Position numbers and translations under genes: made by a program. Positions 1 to 10,529 of a DNA stretch of 64,000 nt are shown piece by piece. The notes beneath the pieces were generated by a model. That model made no database searches. It saw only the letters and a list, made by a program, of their open reading frames with translations, and was not told the DNA's origin. Position 1 is the stretch's first letter. Each line of letters opens with the position of its first letter. Source of the stretch: Nitrosopumilaceae archaeon (GTDB lineage Archaea > Thermoproteota > Nitrososphaeria > Nitrososphaerales > Nitrosopumilaceae); assembly GCA_052389415.1 (NCBI GenBank), contig JBQTHX010000018.1:9558-73557 (forward strand). The letters run 5' to 3'.

Positions 1-353
1 TAGATAAATATGTAAACTTTAAAATTGTATTTTCAAACAAATATTCCGAAATTTTTTCTAGTTGTCGTTGTGAGAAAAAAATTCCAGCTTTTGGTAATGA
101 CATGTTGACACACTAAATGGAGATTAAAATAAAAACTATCTTGCCTAATTTTTTGACTAACCTTTTTTCGATCCGATTTGATAGACACTTCTTTTCTCTA
201 AAACCAATATCAAATAATTTTCAAGAACTTGTGTCATAACTGTCTACTTTGTATGTTACCTGCTTGGCCTGTGATCGAGAAAAACATGCACTAATTTTAT
301 GATTTCTTCACAAAATCCAAGGAAAGTTTATTCATCTAAACGGAAGACTATCG

Positions 354-1220
354 ATGTTGACCAGTACCGTATTGAAACCCGCTTTGATAAAAAAATTCAT
401 TCCTTCAAGAAAATTTGCTTCAAGAAAGGGTGATAATGGCAAAGTATTGGTACTTGGAGGAAGTTACATTTATCATGGTGCTCCAATCCTCGCTTCAATT
501 GCTGCCTTGCGATGTGGGACAGATCTCGTTTACACATGTGTCCCAAAAATTAATGTAAGTTCAACACGATCATTTAGTCCTAATCTTATTGTTATACCGC
601 TTGTTGATGCAAAACTTACACGTGGAGCGGTAAACAAACTTCTAGGAATAATTCCTAAAGATCTTGATTCTGCAACCATTGGAATGGGACTACGGATACA
701 GGACATCAATGCATTAACTCTCCTTGTAAAATCCTTATTAGAATTGGATCTCAGATTGTCACTTGATGCTAGTGCTCTAGTTCCAGAAGTTCTACCTGTA
801 ATTAAAAATAAAAATGTCATAGTTACTCCACATGGAGGAGAGTTCAAGAGACTTTTTGGTGAACTTCCTCCTGATTCTAGAAAGGAAAGAATTTCACTAG
901 TTGAAAAACATGCAAAAGAAAATTCAGTGACAGTCTTGTTAAAAGGACCAACAGATATCATATCAGATGGCAACAAGACATTTCTAAACGTGAAAAAAAC
1001 TCCGGCAATGACTGTGGGTGGAACAGGAGATGTACTGTCTGGAATTGTTGGAGGAATGCTATCAAAAAATAAAAATCTAATAGAATCTGCTGCAACAGCA
1101 GTATTTATCAACGGAAGAGCAGGAGCAATGGCACAAAGAAAGTATGGTTTACATATTGTAGCAACTGATCTCTTAGAATTTATTTCAGCAGCGATGAAAC
1201 CATTTGATAGAGTAAAATGA
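354..1220 (+). CDS. nnrD: ADP-dependent NAD(P)H-hydrate dehydratase (YjeF C-terminal)
   Basis: KGDNGKVLVLGGS..Y.GAP, TPHGGEF, LLKG, GGTGDVLSG motifs. Confidence 0.9.
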   Translation: MLTSTVLKPALIKKFIPSRKFASRKGDNGKVLVLGGSYIYHGAPILASIAALRCGTDLVYTCVPKINVSSTRSFSPNLIVIPLVDAKLTRGAVNKLLGIIPKDLDSATIGMGLRIQDINALTLLVKSLLELDLRLSLDASALVPEVLPVIKNKNVIVTPHGGEFKRLFGELPPDSRKERISLVEKHAKENSVTVLLKGPTDIISDGNKTFLNVKKTPAMTVGGTGDVLSGIVGGMLSKNKNLIESAATAVFINGRAGAMAQRKYGLHIVATDLLEFISAAMKPFDRVK

Positions 1221-2575
1221 CACCAGTCAAAGTGCTAAAACATGTAGACCAGAACATGATGGGGCTTGTCTCTGATTTGCAAACTTTGATCAGACAACCA
1301 AGCGTCTCCGCAAAAAATGAAGGCCTAGAAGAATGTGCCAAGCTGGTTTCAAAAACAATGCGTTGTTCTGGAATTAAATCAGAAATACTTCGCATTAGTA
1401 AAAAAGTTCCACCGATTGTTTATGGCGAAGTAAAATCAAAACAAAATCCATCAAAAACAATCTTATTTTATAATCATTATGACGTGCAGCCTGCAGAACC
1501 ATTTGATCTATGGGATGATAAACCATTTAGCGGAAAAATTAAAGGAAACAAGATCTTTGGAAGAGGATCTGCAGATGACAAAGGAGAATTAATCACCAGA
1601 ATAAAAGCAGTAGAATCCTATCTGAAAGTTCATGGGGATGTTCCTTGTAACGTAAAATTTCTTGTTGAGGGTGAAGAAGAAATCGGCAGCTTGCATGTTG
1701 AAGACTATCTTAAAAAATACAGGAAAAAACTTGCCTGCGATGGCGTGATATGGGAATTTGGATATGTCGATCAAAAAGATCGGCCAATAATCAGTCTTGG
1801 CATGAAAGGATTACTTTACGTTGAGCTTAGTGTTACCGAGTCCATTCGTGATGCCCATTCTAGTCTTGCAGTCTTGATCAAAAACCCATCTTGGAGACTA
1901 ATAGAAGCTCTTAAGACTCTTAGTGGCTCTGATGGAAAAATACTCATTAAAGATTGGTACAAAGAAGTAGAACCATTCACAAAAAAAGAGCTTGAGCTGA
2001 TAGACTTGGAACCATTTGATGAAAGATCATTCAAAAGAGAATATGGCATAAGCCAATTTGTCGCAAACAAGAAGGGATTCGACGCTAAGAAGGCCTTAGT
2101 TGGTGAACCTACGTGTAATATTGCAGGTTTTGTTTCAGGATATGTTGAAAAAGGAGCAAAAACTGTATTGCCTGCTAAGGCACTTGCTAAGATCGATTTC
2201 AGACTTGTACCAAAGATGGATCCAAAGAAACAATTTGCAAGGCTAGGACAACATTTAAGATCAAAAGGTTTTGGTGATGTTAACCTGACAATGATTCATG
2301 GAGAGGCTGCATCCAGAACAAAAATCACAGACCGATTTGTCACTCAAGTAAAAAAAGCTGCTGAAGATTCGTTTGGCAAATCAATAATTAGTGTGTCTTC
2401 TGCAGGAACTGGACCAATGTACTCTTTTTCCAAAATATTGTCTGTGCCATGCATATCAGTAGGAAGCACATACGTGTTCTCTAGGATCCATTCTCCAAAT
2501 GAATTCGCAAGAATTGATCTTTTAAAGAAAACCACAAAATGTATCTGTCTGATTATGAACACATTTTCTTCATAG
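1217..2575 (+). CDS. M20/M25/M40 family metallopeptidase
   Basis: YNHYDVQP, GRGSADDKG, EGEEE, IHSPNE motifs. Confidence 0.9.
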   Translation: MTPVKVLKHVDQNMMGLVSDLQTLIRQPSVSAKNEGLEECAKLVSKTMRCSGIKSEILRISKKVPPIVYGEVKSKQNPSKTILFYNHYDVQPAEPFDLWDDKPFSGKIKGNKIFGRGSADDKGELITRIKAVESYLKVHGDVPCNVKFLVEGEEEIGSLHVEDYLKKYRKKLACDGVIWEFGYVDQKDRPIISLGMKGLLYVELSVTESIRDAHSSLAVLIKNPSWRLIEALKTLSGSDGKILIKDWYKEVEPFTKKELELIDLEPFDERSFKREYGISQFVANKKGFDAKKALVGEPTCNIAGFVSGYVEKGAKTVLPAKALAKIDFRLVPKMDPKKQFARLGQHLRSKGFGDVNLTMIHGEAASRTKITDRFVTQVKKAAEDSFGKSIISVSSAGTGPMYSFSKILSVPCISVGSTYVFSRIHSPNEFARIDLLKKTTKCICLIMNTFSS

Positions 2576-2610
2576 AAAGGCCTTTATTGTCCTCGTCGTG
2601 AAATGCATTT

Positions 2611-3204
2611 ATGGCCTATGTGTACATGCCAGGTGCAACAGCAGTCGGTATAACCTATGATGAAGGCGTAGTTATGGCAAGCGAAAAAAGAGTTGCCTAT
2701 GGGAACTTCCTTGTAAGCAAGACCACCAAAAAGACATTCAAGATCACTGATTTTGTGGGAGCTTGCTGTGCAGGATTGGTGGCAGACATGCAGGTCTTGG
2801 CAATGCAGATGAGAGCACTTACAAAAATTAGAAAAATGGAACTTAAACGTGAGATCCCACCAAACTCAGTAGCAAAGATGATGTCTTCTTTAATGTATGA
2901 ACGACGTTACTATCCTTTACTTACCCAAGTTATAGTTGGTGGAGTTGACGGTAATCCTGCAATCTATACGCTTGATCCACTGGGATCTGTACTTCCAGAT
3001 GATTATGCAGCTGTAGGAACCGGAGCCGAAATGGCCTTGGGAGTTTTGGATCAAGAATTCAAACAAGGCATGAAAGAAAAGGATGCAGTTGCCTTGGCAA
3101 TAAAATCTATAAAATCTGCTATCATGAGGGACGCAGCAAGCGGTGATGGAATAGATGTCCTAGTTGCTGACAAAACTGGAATAAGAGAATTTATTGAACA
3201 ATAA
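2611..3204 (+). CDS. psmB: Proteasome beta subunit (GAT type, likely non-catalytic)
   Basis: GATAVG, AGLVAD, DPLGS, GTG, RDAASGDG motifs. Confidence 0.92.
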   Translation: MAYVYMPGATAVGITYDEGVVMASEKRVAYGNFLVSKTTKKTFKITDFVGACCAGLVADMQVLAMQMRALTKIRKMELKREIPPNSVAKMMSSLMYERRYYPLLTQVIVGGVDGNPAIYTLDPLGSVLPDDYAAVGTGAEMALGVLDQEFKQGMKEKDAVALAIKSIKSAIMRDAASGDGIDVLVADKTGIREFIEQ

Positions 3205-3259
3205 ATTACAAATAATTTCTAAGACAGACTTATCTACCATTTGTGTTTCAAGCTGAATA

Positions 3260-4048
3260 TTGAAATTTCTGGCAATAATATTATTGGGATTAATATTTTC
3301 GTCTGTCACTTTCCCTGCTAGTGCTACGATTAGAAATGGTGCATTGACTGAGAACGATATTGAATTTTGTCACGAGGTCTACCCGCAATACAAGGCGCTA
3401 GGATTAAGCTGGTTTGTCAAAAATTACCATTACAGCATAGAGGCCAGAGTTTGTGCTAGCTTGTACGAAGATCCTGTATGGAAATACGAAGGAGATGACA
3501 GAGTAGACAAACTCATCCGACAAAGTAAATATTTTGTGCAACTAGAAATCGAGGAAAGTGAAGATGAGGCTCAATCAGGACAAGTAGATCCAACACCTGC
3601 GGGCATTTCTGAAAAATCAAACTCCATAATGAAAGTTTCCTCTGACGGAACAATTTTTGTCATAATAGAAACAACCGATGCTACTGCAGGAGAATACATG
3701 GGAGTAGACATTATTTTTGAAGATTCTGAAGAAAATCCAATTCAACACGTAAACTATGATTTGGAAGTAAGACAAAACCAGCAAGAGTTCTTGATTGTAA
3801 AATCTCAGCATGCAGAAAATGGTAAGGCCGAGCATTGGACAAGGCCATTGTTTTCAGATGATCCTGTTGATATTCAGGCAAAAATACTAGGAATTGGATT
3901 ACCTAAAGAAAGAGCAAACTGGAGTGGCCCAAACGATGAATCATTAACCTTTCAGGCTGTTCCAGAATTTGGCCTTCTTACATTGACCATACTCATGATG
4001 TCGTTGATGCTGCTTGTTCCAATACAAAAATTTAGGCAGATTCAATAA
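3260..4048 (+). CDS. Secreted PEFG-CTERM sorting-domain protein
   Basis: Signal peptide; C-terminal VPEFG followed by hydrophobic helix and basic tail. Confidence 0.85.
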   Translation: MKFLAIILLGLIFSSVTFPASATIRNGALTENDIEFCHEVYPQYKALGLSWFVKNYHYSIEARVCASLYEDPVWKYEGDDRVDKLIRQSKYFVQLEIEESEDEAQSGQVDPTPAGISEKSNSIMKVSSDGTIFVIIETTDATAGEYMGVDIIFEDSEENPIQHVNYDLEVRQNQQEFLIVKSQHAENGKAEHWTRPLFSDDPVDIQAKILGIGLPKERANWSGPNDESLTFQAVPEFGLLTLTILMMSLMLLVPIQKFRQIQ

Positions 4049-4054
4049 TGCTGT

Positions 4055-4531
4055 CTATCGCTTAATCTCTTTTGCGGCTTCCCAAAACCTATCTGAAACA
4101 TAATGCAAATTTTTTAATACCTCGCCTTTTGCCATGTTTTTCATTTCTTTGCTTGATACAAGCGTTCTGCCAACTGCCAGAAATTTGTTACGAGATTCTT
4201 CTACAACACATGCTATCTGATCCTTTTCAAACTCGGAATAGCTTTTAACACCTGGTCTCATTACTGTTGCTCCATCACAAACAAACTTTACTGCTCCCAT
4301 GTCAACTACAATTTTAGGAAATTTTTCAAGTAATGCTGTTTCAGATAAAAATGGGATATAAGAATCGTTTAATTGTATTGCTGAAAATCCCTCTCCGGTT
4401 AATATGCTTACATTATCATCAATTTCGTGAATTGTAAGAGTTTTTACTTTAGGTAATTCTATATTCCACTGCAAAGCGATTTTAGAAAAAGTATCAGAAG
4501 TACTACTCTTTGATAACAAATTTGACTTCAA
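4055..4531 (-). CDS. PUA-domain RNA-binding protein
   Basis: VVDMGAVKFVCDGATVMRPG, LHYVSD. Confidence 0.85.
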   Translation of the reverse strand: MKSNLLSKSSTSDTFSKIALQWNIELPKVKTLTIHEIDDNVSILTGEGFSAIQLNDSYIPFLSETALLEKFPKIVVDMGAVKFVCDGATVMRPGVKSYSEFEKDQIACVVEESRNKFLAVGRTLVSSKEMKNMAKGEVLKNLHYVSDRFWEAAKEIKR

Positions 4532-5538
4532 TTTCTTGACATTTCCTGTTTGATGTCTAAGAGGTCTCGTAGTATGGAACTTGCTGTCTCCATCCCGCCA
4601 GCACCACGGCCTATTATTGTTTGTTGGCCCGAGTGCTCCGAATTGAAGGTGATTGCATTTAAAGTTCCATTAACACACAGTGGGTCATCAAGTGAAATAG
4701 CCTTTGGTGCAACAACTAGATCTCTGTTACAAGACGCAATCAACTTTATTGCACTTTTTTTTGCAGCGGCCTTTCTGACATCCACAGTTGTTACGTCGCT
4801 TATTCCCTTTCTTTCAATATCCTTCATAGTGACTTTCATATCCATAACCCAATTTGCAAGTATGACAAGCTTAGCAGCAGCATCAAAACCATCGATATCA
4901 AGAGAGGGATCAGCTTCGACATATCCCCTTGATTTTGCATCTGCAAGTGCCGCCTTGAAAGTCATTCCCTTTGCCATGTTTGTCAAAATATAATTTGTTG
5001 TGCCATTTAGTATTCCTTCAAATGAAACTATTCTTTCACCTCTCAAACTATTTTTTGCATAGTCTAAAATTGGCGTACCTCCGCCCACAGTTCCACTAAA
5101 CCGTAGTAATACCTGATTGTATATTGCAAGTTCCATCAAGGATGGAAAAGCAAGAGCAAGGGGTCCCTTATTTACAGTAATTACGTGTAGGCCATTTTTC
5201 ATTGCATTAACTATATGTGACATTCCGGGTTCAGCATCTTTGTAATTGCTAGTGGTAGTCTCTACGAGAACTTCCGCCTCCAGACCGCCTATCATGTCAA
5301 GCCCATTTGCGTCCTTTTCCTTGTTATGAAATTTTTTTATGCTTCCGTATTTTTTTTTCATTTCAAGCAATCTGTTTATATCAAGACCTGCTGATGACGC
5401 AGCTGAACCTTTGCTATCAAATACTCCAACAATCCGTGGCTTTAGTCCGTGTTTGGCATAAAGATCTTCTGATCTTGACAGCAATAACTTTGCAAAATTT
5501 TGGCCTACCACACCAAATCCACATAATATTATTCGCAA
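4528..5538 (-). CDS. hom: Homoserine dehydrogenase
   Basis: GFGVVG, VITVNKGP, VGGGTP, GILNGTTNYIL, EADPSLDIDGFDAAAK. Confidence 0.95.
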   Translation of the reverse strand: MRIILCGFGVVGQNFAKLLLSRSEDLYAKHGLKPRIVGVFDSKGSAASSAGLDINRLLEMKKKYGSIKKFHNKEKDANGLDMIGGLEAEVLVETTTSNYKDAEPGMSHIVNAMKNGLHVITVNKGPLALAFPSLMELAIYNQVLLRFSGTVGGGTPILDYAKNSLRGERIVSFEGILNGTTNYILTNMAKGMTFKAALADAKSRGYVEADPSLDIDGFDAAAKLVILANWVMDMKVTMKDIERKGISDVTTVDVRKAAAKKSAIKLIASCNRDLVVAPKAISLDDPLCVNGTLNAITFNSEHSGQQTIIGRGAGGMETASSILRDLLDIKQEMSRN

Positions 5539-5634
5539 CAGGAGACTGAAATCATACGGTATTAATTAAGATTGACTGGTATTTTGTGGCTGATCCGAGA
5601 TTGCTTTATTAAAGAATAAAAAAATTCACCGATT

Positions 5635-6276
5635 ATGAAATATGCAAAACATCTCTTTCTTGGCATTGGAATCGCAACAATGGCAATTATCATCGCCTTA
5701 ACATTGTACAATGAGAAAACTGAAATTCAAAAAATAGATACGCTCTCACTTGATTTTACGTATGATGATGCTAATACTCTATTAAAACAAAGCTTACAAT
5801 CTCAAGGAATTCTAGTGTCTTCACCTCTGCAATTTCAAAAACAGCAAGATATAGAAAGGTGGTGTAAATTCTTTAGCAGTCAAGAAAAACAAAAACTAGT
5901 AGAATATTGTACCTCTACTGAAATCAAAGATTCAAGTGGAAATTTTCTTGGAAACATCCACATCGTAGGGTCTCCTGAGGCTCCCAAATTAGTTCTTGTT
6001 GCATTGCAATCCAATCCTTTTTTTGAAAACATGAGTCAAATAAAGACTATTTTTGGCGCAGCTACAAAAGAACTTGTGTGCGATTGTTGGGAAACCGTAA
6101 AACCTGATGGATATGACACGCTGGATAACTGGATAGACGCTTTAGGTGATTTTCATACTGGCGGAAACAAGCCACACAGTGAATCAAAATCGATTCCTCT
6201 TGCGTTAAAACACGTACAAATTCAATTAACGACTACAACAGAAGGATTCGTTTGGGAAATGTTGATTGCAAAATGA
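5635..6276 (+). CDS. Membrane-anchored hypothetical protein
   Basis: N-terminal hydrophobic helix, 213-aa ORF. Confidence 0.7.
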   Translation: MKYAKHLFLGIGIATMAIIIALTLYNEKTEIQKIDTLSLDFTYDDANTLLKQSLQSQGILVSSPLQFQKQQDIERWCKFFSSQEKQKLVEYCTSTEIKDSSGNFLGNIHIVGSPEAPKLVLVALQSNPFFENMSQIKTIFGAATKELVCDCWETVKPDGYDTLDNWIDALGDFHTGGNKPHSESKSIPLALKHVQIQLTTTTEGFVWEMLIAK

Positions 6277-6358
6277 TTTGTAAAATATTTTACCAAATTA
6301 ACAGGTTCATTAAGGTTGACGTAACCATTAATCCATATCTTACTCCTTTGTGTGACTG

Positions 6359-7120
6359 TTGTTAGAAATCTGGTTATTGCTGTTAGGTTTTGCGGCAGGC
6401 ATACTTGGATCGATGATAGGGCTTGGTGGTGGAATTGTAATAGTGCCTGTCTTGACATTTTTTGGATTTTCCCCTGCGCTGGCTGCAAGCAACAGTCTTT
6501 TTGCAGCCTTTAGTAACGCTGTGGCATCTACATCCTCTTATGCAAAACAAAAAAGGATAGAATATTCAATTGGTTTGAAATTTGGATTACTCGCAATTCC
6601 TGGAACGGTACTTGGTGCATTTATCTCACATGATATTACACCATCATTGTTTAAGATATTGTTTGGAATTGTGTTAATTGTTTCAGGTGCATACATTTTT
6701 TTAAGAAGAAAGATCGAACCAAAAGAAAGAAACTTGTCAAAACAAGTTATTGTACTGTCAATCGGGGCAAGTTTCTTTGCAGGAATAATTTCTAGCTTAT
6801 TTGGTATAGGTGGCGGTATTGTATTTGTCCCTCTAATGGTGATTGCAGTTGGACTCTCGATGAAGATTGCCGCTCCTACATCACAATTTATCTTACTATT
6901 TGTTTCTGCGTCAGGAATGGCTGCTCACTCTATTCTTGGTCATCCTGATTACTATGAAGCACTCTTGCTTGCCATAGGTGCGTTTGTTGGTGGGTTGGTA
7001 GGAAGCAGACTCTCAGTAGAGGTAGAAGAAAAAAAACTACGAATCCTTGTAACAATAGTGATGATCGCTGCTGCAATCAAACTTTTTATTGATTCAGTAA
7101 TTGGTACTGGTCCTTTTTGA
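6359..7120 (+). CDS. TauE/SafE family (sulfite exporter) membrane protein
   Basis: Duplicated G[LI]GGG...VP motifs in a multi-TM protein. Confidence 0.88.
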   Translation: MLEIWLLLLGFAAGILGSMIGLGGGIVIVPVLTFFGFSPALAASNSLFAAFSNAVASTSSYAKQKRIEYSIGLKFGLLAIPGTVLGAFISHDITPSLFKILFGIVLIVSGAYIFLRRKIEPKERNLSKQVIVLSIGASFFAGIISSLFGIGGGIVFVPLMVIAVGLSMKIAAPTSQFILLFVSASGMAAHSILGHPDYYEALLLAIGAFVGGLVGSRLSVEVEEKKLRILVTIVMIAAAIKLFIDSVIGTGPF

Positions 7121-7544
7121 TCTGGTAAAGGTTACGTTTTGCAAGTACAACCAAGTCGCCATCTTCTTTGGTAGCTTCAAAATCAATTGCTAAAAGACCA
7201 AAATTATCGTTAAGATCTGTTTTTTCTGATATTCTAAATTTCATTTTTAAAATTTCATCCGTGTAAAGCGGTTTTAAAAATCTAGCATGTCTATTTTTCC
7301 ATGAAGGCTCTCCATCCATCCCATAAAATATCAACAAATTGCCGTACATCTCCTCTAGTTTAGTAAATTCACCTTCCATTCTTCCCAAAATTGCTCTTCC
7401 AGAAACGATTTTCTTTTGCTCATTGTCTTTGTACAATACATTTTTTATTCCAGAAAATACCAGATAACTTTCAAGCTCTTGTAATGTAATTTTTCCTTGG
7501 GAAAAAAACTCATCGCCAACATTTAGTTCTGAAAACTTTTTCAT
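7086..7544 (-). CDS. MaoC-like hot-dog fold protein
   Basis: FSELNVGDEF, RFLKPLYTDE; coupled to the upstream SDR (1-bp overlap). Confidence 0.65.
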   Translation of the reverse strand: MKKFSELNVGDEFFSQGKITLQELESYLVFSGIKNVLYKDNEQKKIVSGRAILGRMEGEFTKLEEMYGNLLIFYGMDGEPSWKNRHARFLKPLYTDEILKMKFRISEKTDLNDNFGLLAIDFEATKEDGDLVVLAKRNLYQIKKDQYQLLNQ

Positions 7545-9331
7545 TACTGTCGTACTTCATCAGGATAGAATATTACTTCAGAACTCGAAATTGCTTTTCC
7601 CGACGCAAAATACTTTAAGGCATTAAAAATTCGTTCATTGTTTGGCTCCACCCCATCTACGCTTCCTGGAAGGATCAAAAAGATTCTCACATTAGATTTT
7701 AAAACATCGCTTAATTCTTGATTTACTGTAGTTGTAAACGGTCTCAGTGCACCACGAAAGACATCCACTTTGGCTCGTTCTGCACCAGTTACTTTTGGGC
7801 CTATAGGAAAATCAGGACCTATTATGACCATGGTTCCAGATTTGCCCTTGAAAAGAGGTGGATTCTTGGATCCATCTGGTACAAATGTGCTAAGAGATTC
7901 CTGTCCGACAATTGCAGGAGTCAGTATGAACTTGTCTACAACTGAATCCCATTGAGATCTTGAAAGTTCAGTTATCTTTGGGAATGAAGGTACTTTACCT
8001 GTTACATGGATGGTCATTGATATAGGACCTACTTTTTCTGTAGCTGTGGCAAACCATCTCTTGATCTCTTCTTGATCTGAAAGATCGATTGCATGTGAAT
8101 GAAATTTTGCTAGTCTGTCTTGGTTTTGTTTTGGAAGGTTTTTTGCAAATAAAATGACAATTTTTGCTCCCGCCTTTTCTAAATTCTGAGCAAGGAACTC
8201 TACTCTTGAAATATCAGAATCTTCTGAGGCGTCAACTGTAAAAACTATTACTTTGGAATCAAAGCCTGCCTCAGTTTCTGGTATTGTGGATGTAATATGC
8301 GGTTTTACTGGATAAAATACTCTGTCCCCTGGTATCACCTTTCCATTTAGAATCTTTGAAATTTCATTATCACATAGAGCAAGAACAGTTTCAGCAACTT
8401 GAGGTTGAGATAAGAATTGTTCATCCGCAATCATCTTGCTTGTGTTAAGTTGTACCTTTTCTGCTATTTGCTGAATCTTTGAAAGCAATGAAGCAATTGT
8501 TGTATTTAGTTTCTGTATTTCAATATCGGAAATTATTCCTTTTATTTTTGCCATCTTGTTGGCTGCATTTTCTATTCCTTTCTTGACGGTTTCTTCATTT
8601 TCACCCATGAGAGGTAAAATATCATTATTTACTTGTTCGACTTCTGGAGGAGTCAAAGTTTCAAAACCACTCACTCGCATAAACTCAGCAGCGGCCTTTG
8701 GATATACAGTTTTGTAAATTCTGTCAGAATGGACAGGACCAGGATTTGTTGCAATTGAGATTATGCCTTTCTGTGTTAGCTCCCATGACATTGCTTCCGC
8801 TAATCTATTCTTAGCTCCTTGTGATGCGGTGTAAGGGCTTCTGAATCTGTAAGGTCTCTGTTCAAGTGGTCTCTCTTCTGCAAAGAAAGTTGATATTGTT
8901 ATGATCTTTGATCCAGGTTTCATGGCTTTTAATGCCTGAACTGAGGTCCAAAAAGTTCCTGTAAGGTGAATTGCAACTGTGCTTTTAAATTCAGTCATTG
9001 GCGAGTTTGCAAAACATGTGACTGGTCCTGAAACACCAGCATTGTTTACTACTATATCTACGGCACCGACTGATTTTTTTAGCTCATCAAACATTGATGA
9101 TATTCCAACTTCATCGCTGACATCCACTCCTGCGAAAATTTTAACAAATCCATTGCTTTTTGCTTTGTTAATTATTTCTTGTAACTCCTTTGCAGCCTCT
9201 TCAAGTGGTTCTTTTCTTCTTCCTAAAATGACAACACTTGCTCCATTTTCTGCAAATTTTGATGCAATGGCTTTACCAATACCAGTCCCGCTGCCTGTAA
9301 TTACTGCTATCTTACCTTGAAATTTTAACAT
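7544..9331 (-). CDS. Two-domain SDR oxidoreductase resembling Chloroflexus-type malonyl-CoA reductase N-terminal part
   Basis: TGSGTGIG, NNAG, STFF, YRFRSPYTASQ, PGPVHSDRI; degenerate second SDR domain. Confidence 0.8.
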   Translation of the reverse strand: MLKFQGKIAVITGSGTGIGKAIASKFAENGASVVILGRRKEPLEEAAKELQEIINKAKSNGFVKIFAGVDVSDEVGISSMFDELKKSVGAVDIVVNNAGVSGPVTCFANSPMTEFKSTVAIHLTGTFWTSVQALKAMKPGSKIITISTFFAEERPLEQRPYRFRSPYTASQGAKNRLAEAMSWELTQKGIISIATNPGPVHSDRIYKTVYPKAAAEFMRVSGFETLTPPEVEQVNNDILPLMGENEETVKKGIENAANKMAKIKGIISDIEIQKLNTTIASLLSKIQQIAEKVQLNTSKMIADEQFLSQPQVAETVLALCDNEISKILNGKVIPGDRVFYPVKPHITSTIPETEAGFDSKVIVFTVDASEDSDISRVEFLAQNLEKAGAKIVILFAKNLPKQNQDRLAKFHSHAIDLSDQEEIKRWFATATEKVGPISMTIHVTGKVPSFPKITELSRSQWDSVVDKFILTPAIVGQESLSTFVPDGSKNPPLFKGKSGTMVIIGPDFPIGPKVTGAERAKVDVFRGALRPFTTTVNQELSDVLKSNVRIFLILPGSVDGVEPNNERIFNALKYFASGKAISSSEVIFYPDEVRQ

Positions 9332-9731
9332 TGATAGATGATGAACTTTTTCTGATATTTATTCCGATTGATCCGTTATGTGGAAAACTGATATGGTATT
9401 TATTACAAAAGCTAGTTTTGAGTACATGAATTTTGAGTAAACACCAATACTTTTTTGGTTTTTCACGTTTTTTTAAAAAAAAGGGAATCTGTTATGATTT
9501 CCGAAAAAACTTCCCATGTAGGGTGTCACATAAATTGCTCCTTTAAAATGACCCTTTGAATATTTGAATAGATGAACTATCCCGATGCTAGCAGATCCTG
9601 AGAGACATGATTTTATTTAGATGGTTATTTCGAGAAAAATCTATTTAACAGATTGGAAAGATACAAGAACCTATTGTCTTTCCTGGAAATTACAATACAA
9701 GATAATTAAAGTTCTTTCGCTATTGGGAATT

Positions 9732-10190
9732 ATGAGTAAACAAGTTTGCTTTTTATGTGAACAAGAACTAGGAGTGCTAAATATAAAATGGTCTGCAAAG
9801 GGTTTTCTTTCTTCAAGAGTTCCTATTCCAGAAGGGATGGGTGAAGAGGACAGAGTTTGTAACGAGTGTTACAACGTAGAAAAAAAGCAAGTCAAAGAAG
9901 AACTAAAGGAAGCAAAAGAGGAATTTAAAGAGATAACTGTGGATCTACTCAAAAGAACGCCTGAATACAAAAAACTCTGGAACAAGGATGGTGTTATTCA
10001 GTTCAAGAACGAAAGAGTAGCTATTCTTCAAAGAGCGCTAGGCAAGCAAGTGGAATTTATCATTGCGTTTGACGATCTAACAAAGGAAGGATACAAACTC
10101 ATGGCAATACAGGAGATTCAAAGCACAGATGGTAAATCTGTAGGAGGAATTAATTCCAACTACTTTTTCCAGAAAATGCAAAGCCTGTAG
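9732..10190 (+). CDS. Hypothetical protein with CxxC...CxxC zinc ribbon
   Basis: Probable start MSKQVCFLC at 9732; CNEC. Confidence 0.65.
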   Translation: MSKQVCFLCEQELGVLNIKWSAKGFLSSRVPIPEGMGEEDRVCNECYNVEKKQVKEELKEAKEEFKEITVDLLKRTPEYKKLWNKDGVIQFKNERVAILQRALGKQVEFIIAFDDLTKEGYKLMAIQEIQSTDGKSVGGINSNYFFQKMQSL

Positions 10191-10290
10191 TTATGTAGTT
10201 CAATTCTAAAATAATAAAACGAATCTTTATTTTTAATCCATTTTAAAACTGCCCAGAATATTTATTTGAGGGAGAAATTCTCATTCATGC

Positions 10291-10527
10291 ATGCACGATT
10301 CAGAACCGGATACCTTTCCGCTAAAAACTAGACCTGAGCAATTTTGTGATCTATTAAAAGAAATAGGCATCACTGCACAAGCAAAGGAAATTGCTTCTGA
10401 CGAAGTTGAAAAAGGTGATTATTATAGTAGATATTTTTCGGTGACTCCAAGAATGGTTACAAACAAGGGGTGTCTTGAGGTAAAAGACACTAATATTGAT
10501 ATCATACAGATAATTCAAAAGGGATAG
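10291..10527 (+). CDS. Hypothetical protein
   Basis: 78-aa ORF with upstream TTTATTT promoter-like box. Confidence 0.6.
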   Translation: MHDSEPDTFPLKTRPEQFCDLLKEIGITAQAKEIASDEVEKGDYYSRYFSVTPRMVTNKGCLEVKDTNIDIIQIIQKG

Positions 10528-10529
10528 AA

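Noticed and set aside
1-103. Possible partial minus-strand CDS (MSLPKAGIFF...)
   Set aside because: Only ~34 codons are visible and no motif is recognisable
9410-9490. TTTTGAGTA tandem copy and T-run/A-run dyad in the intergenic region
   Set aside because: Too short and low-complexity to distinguish from chance
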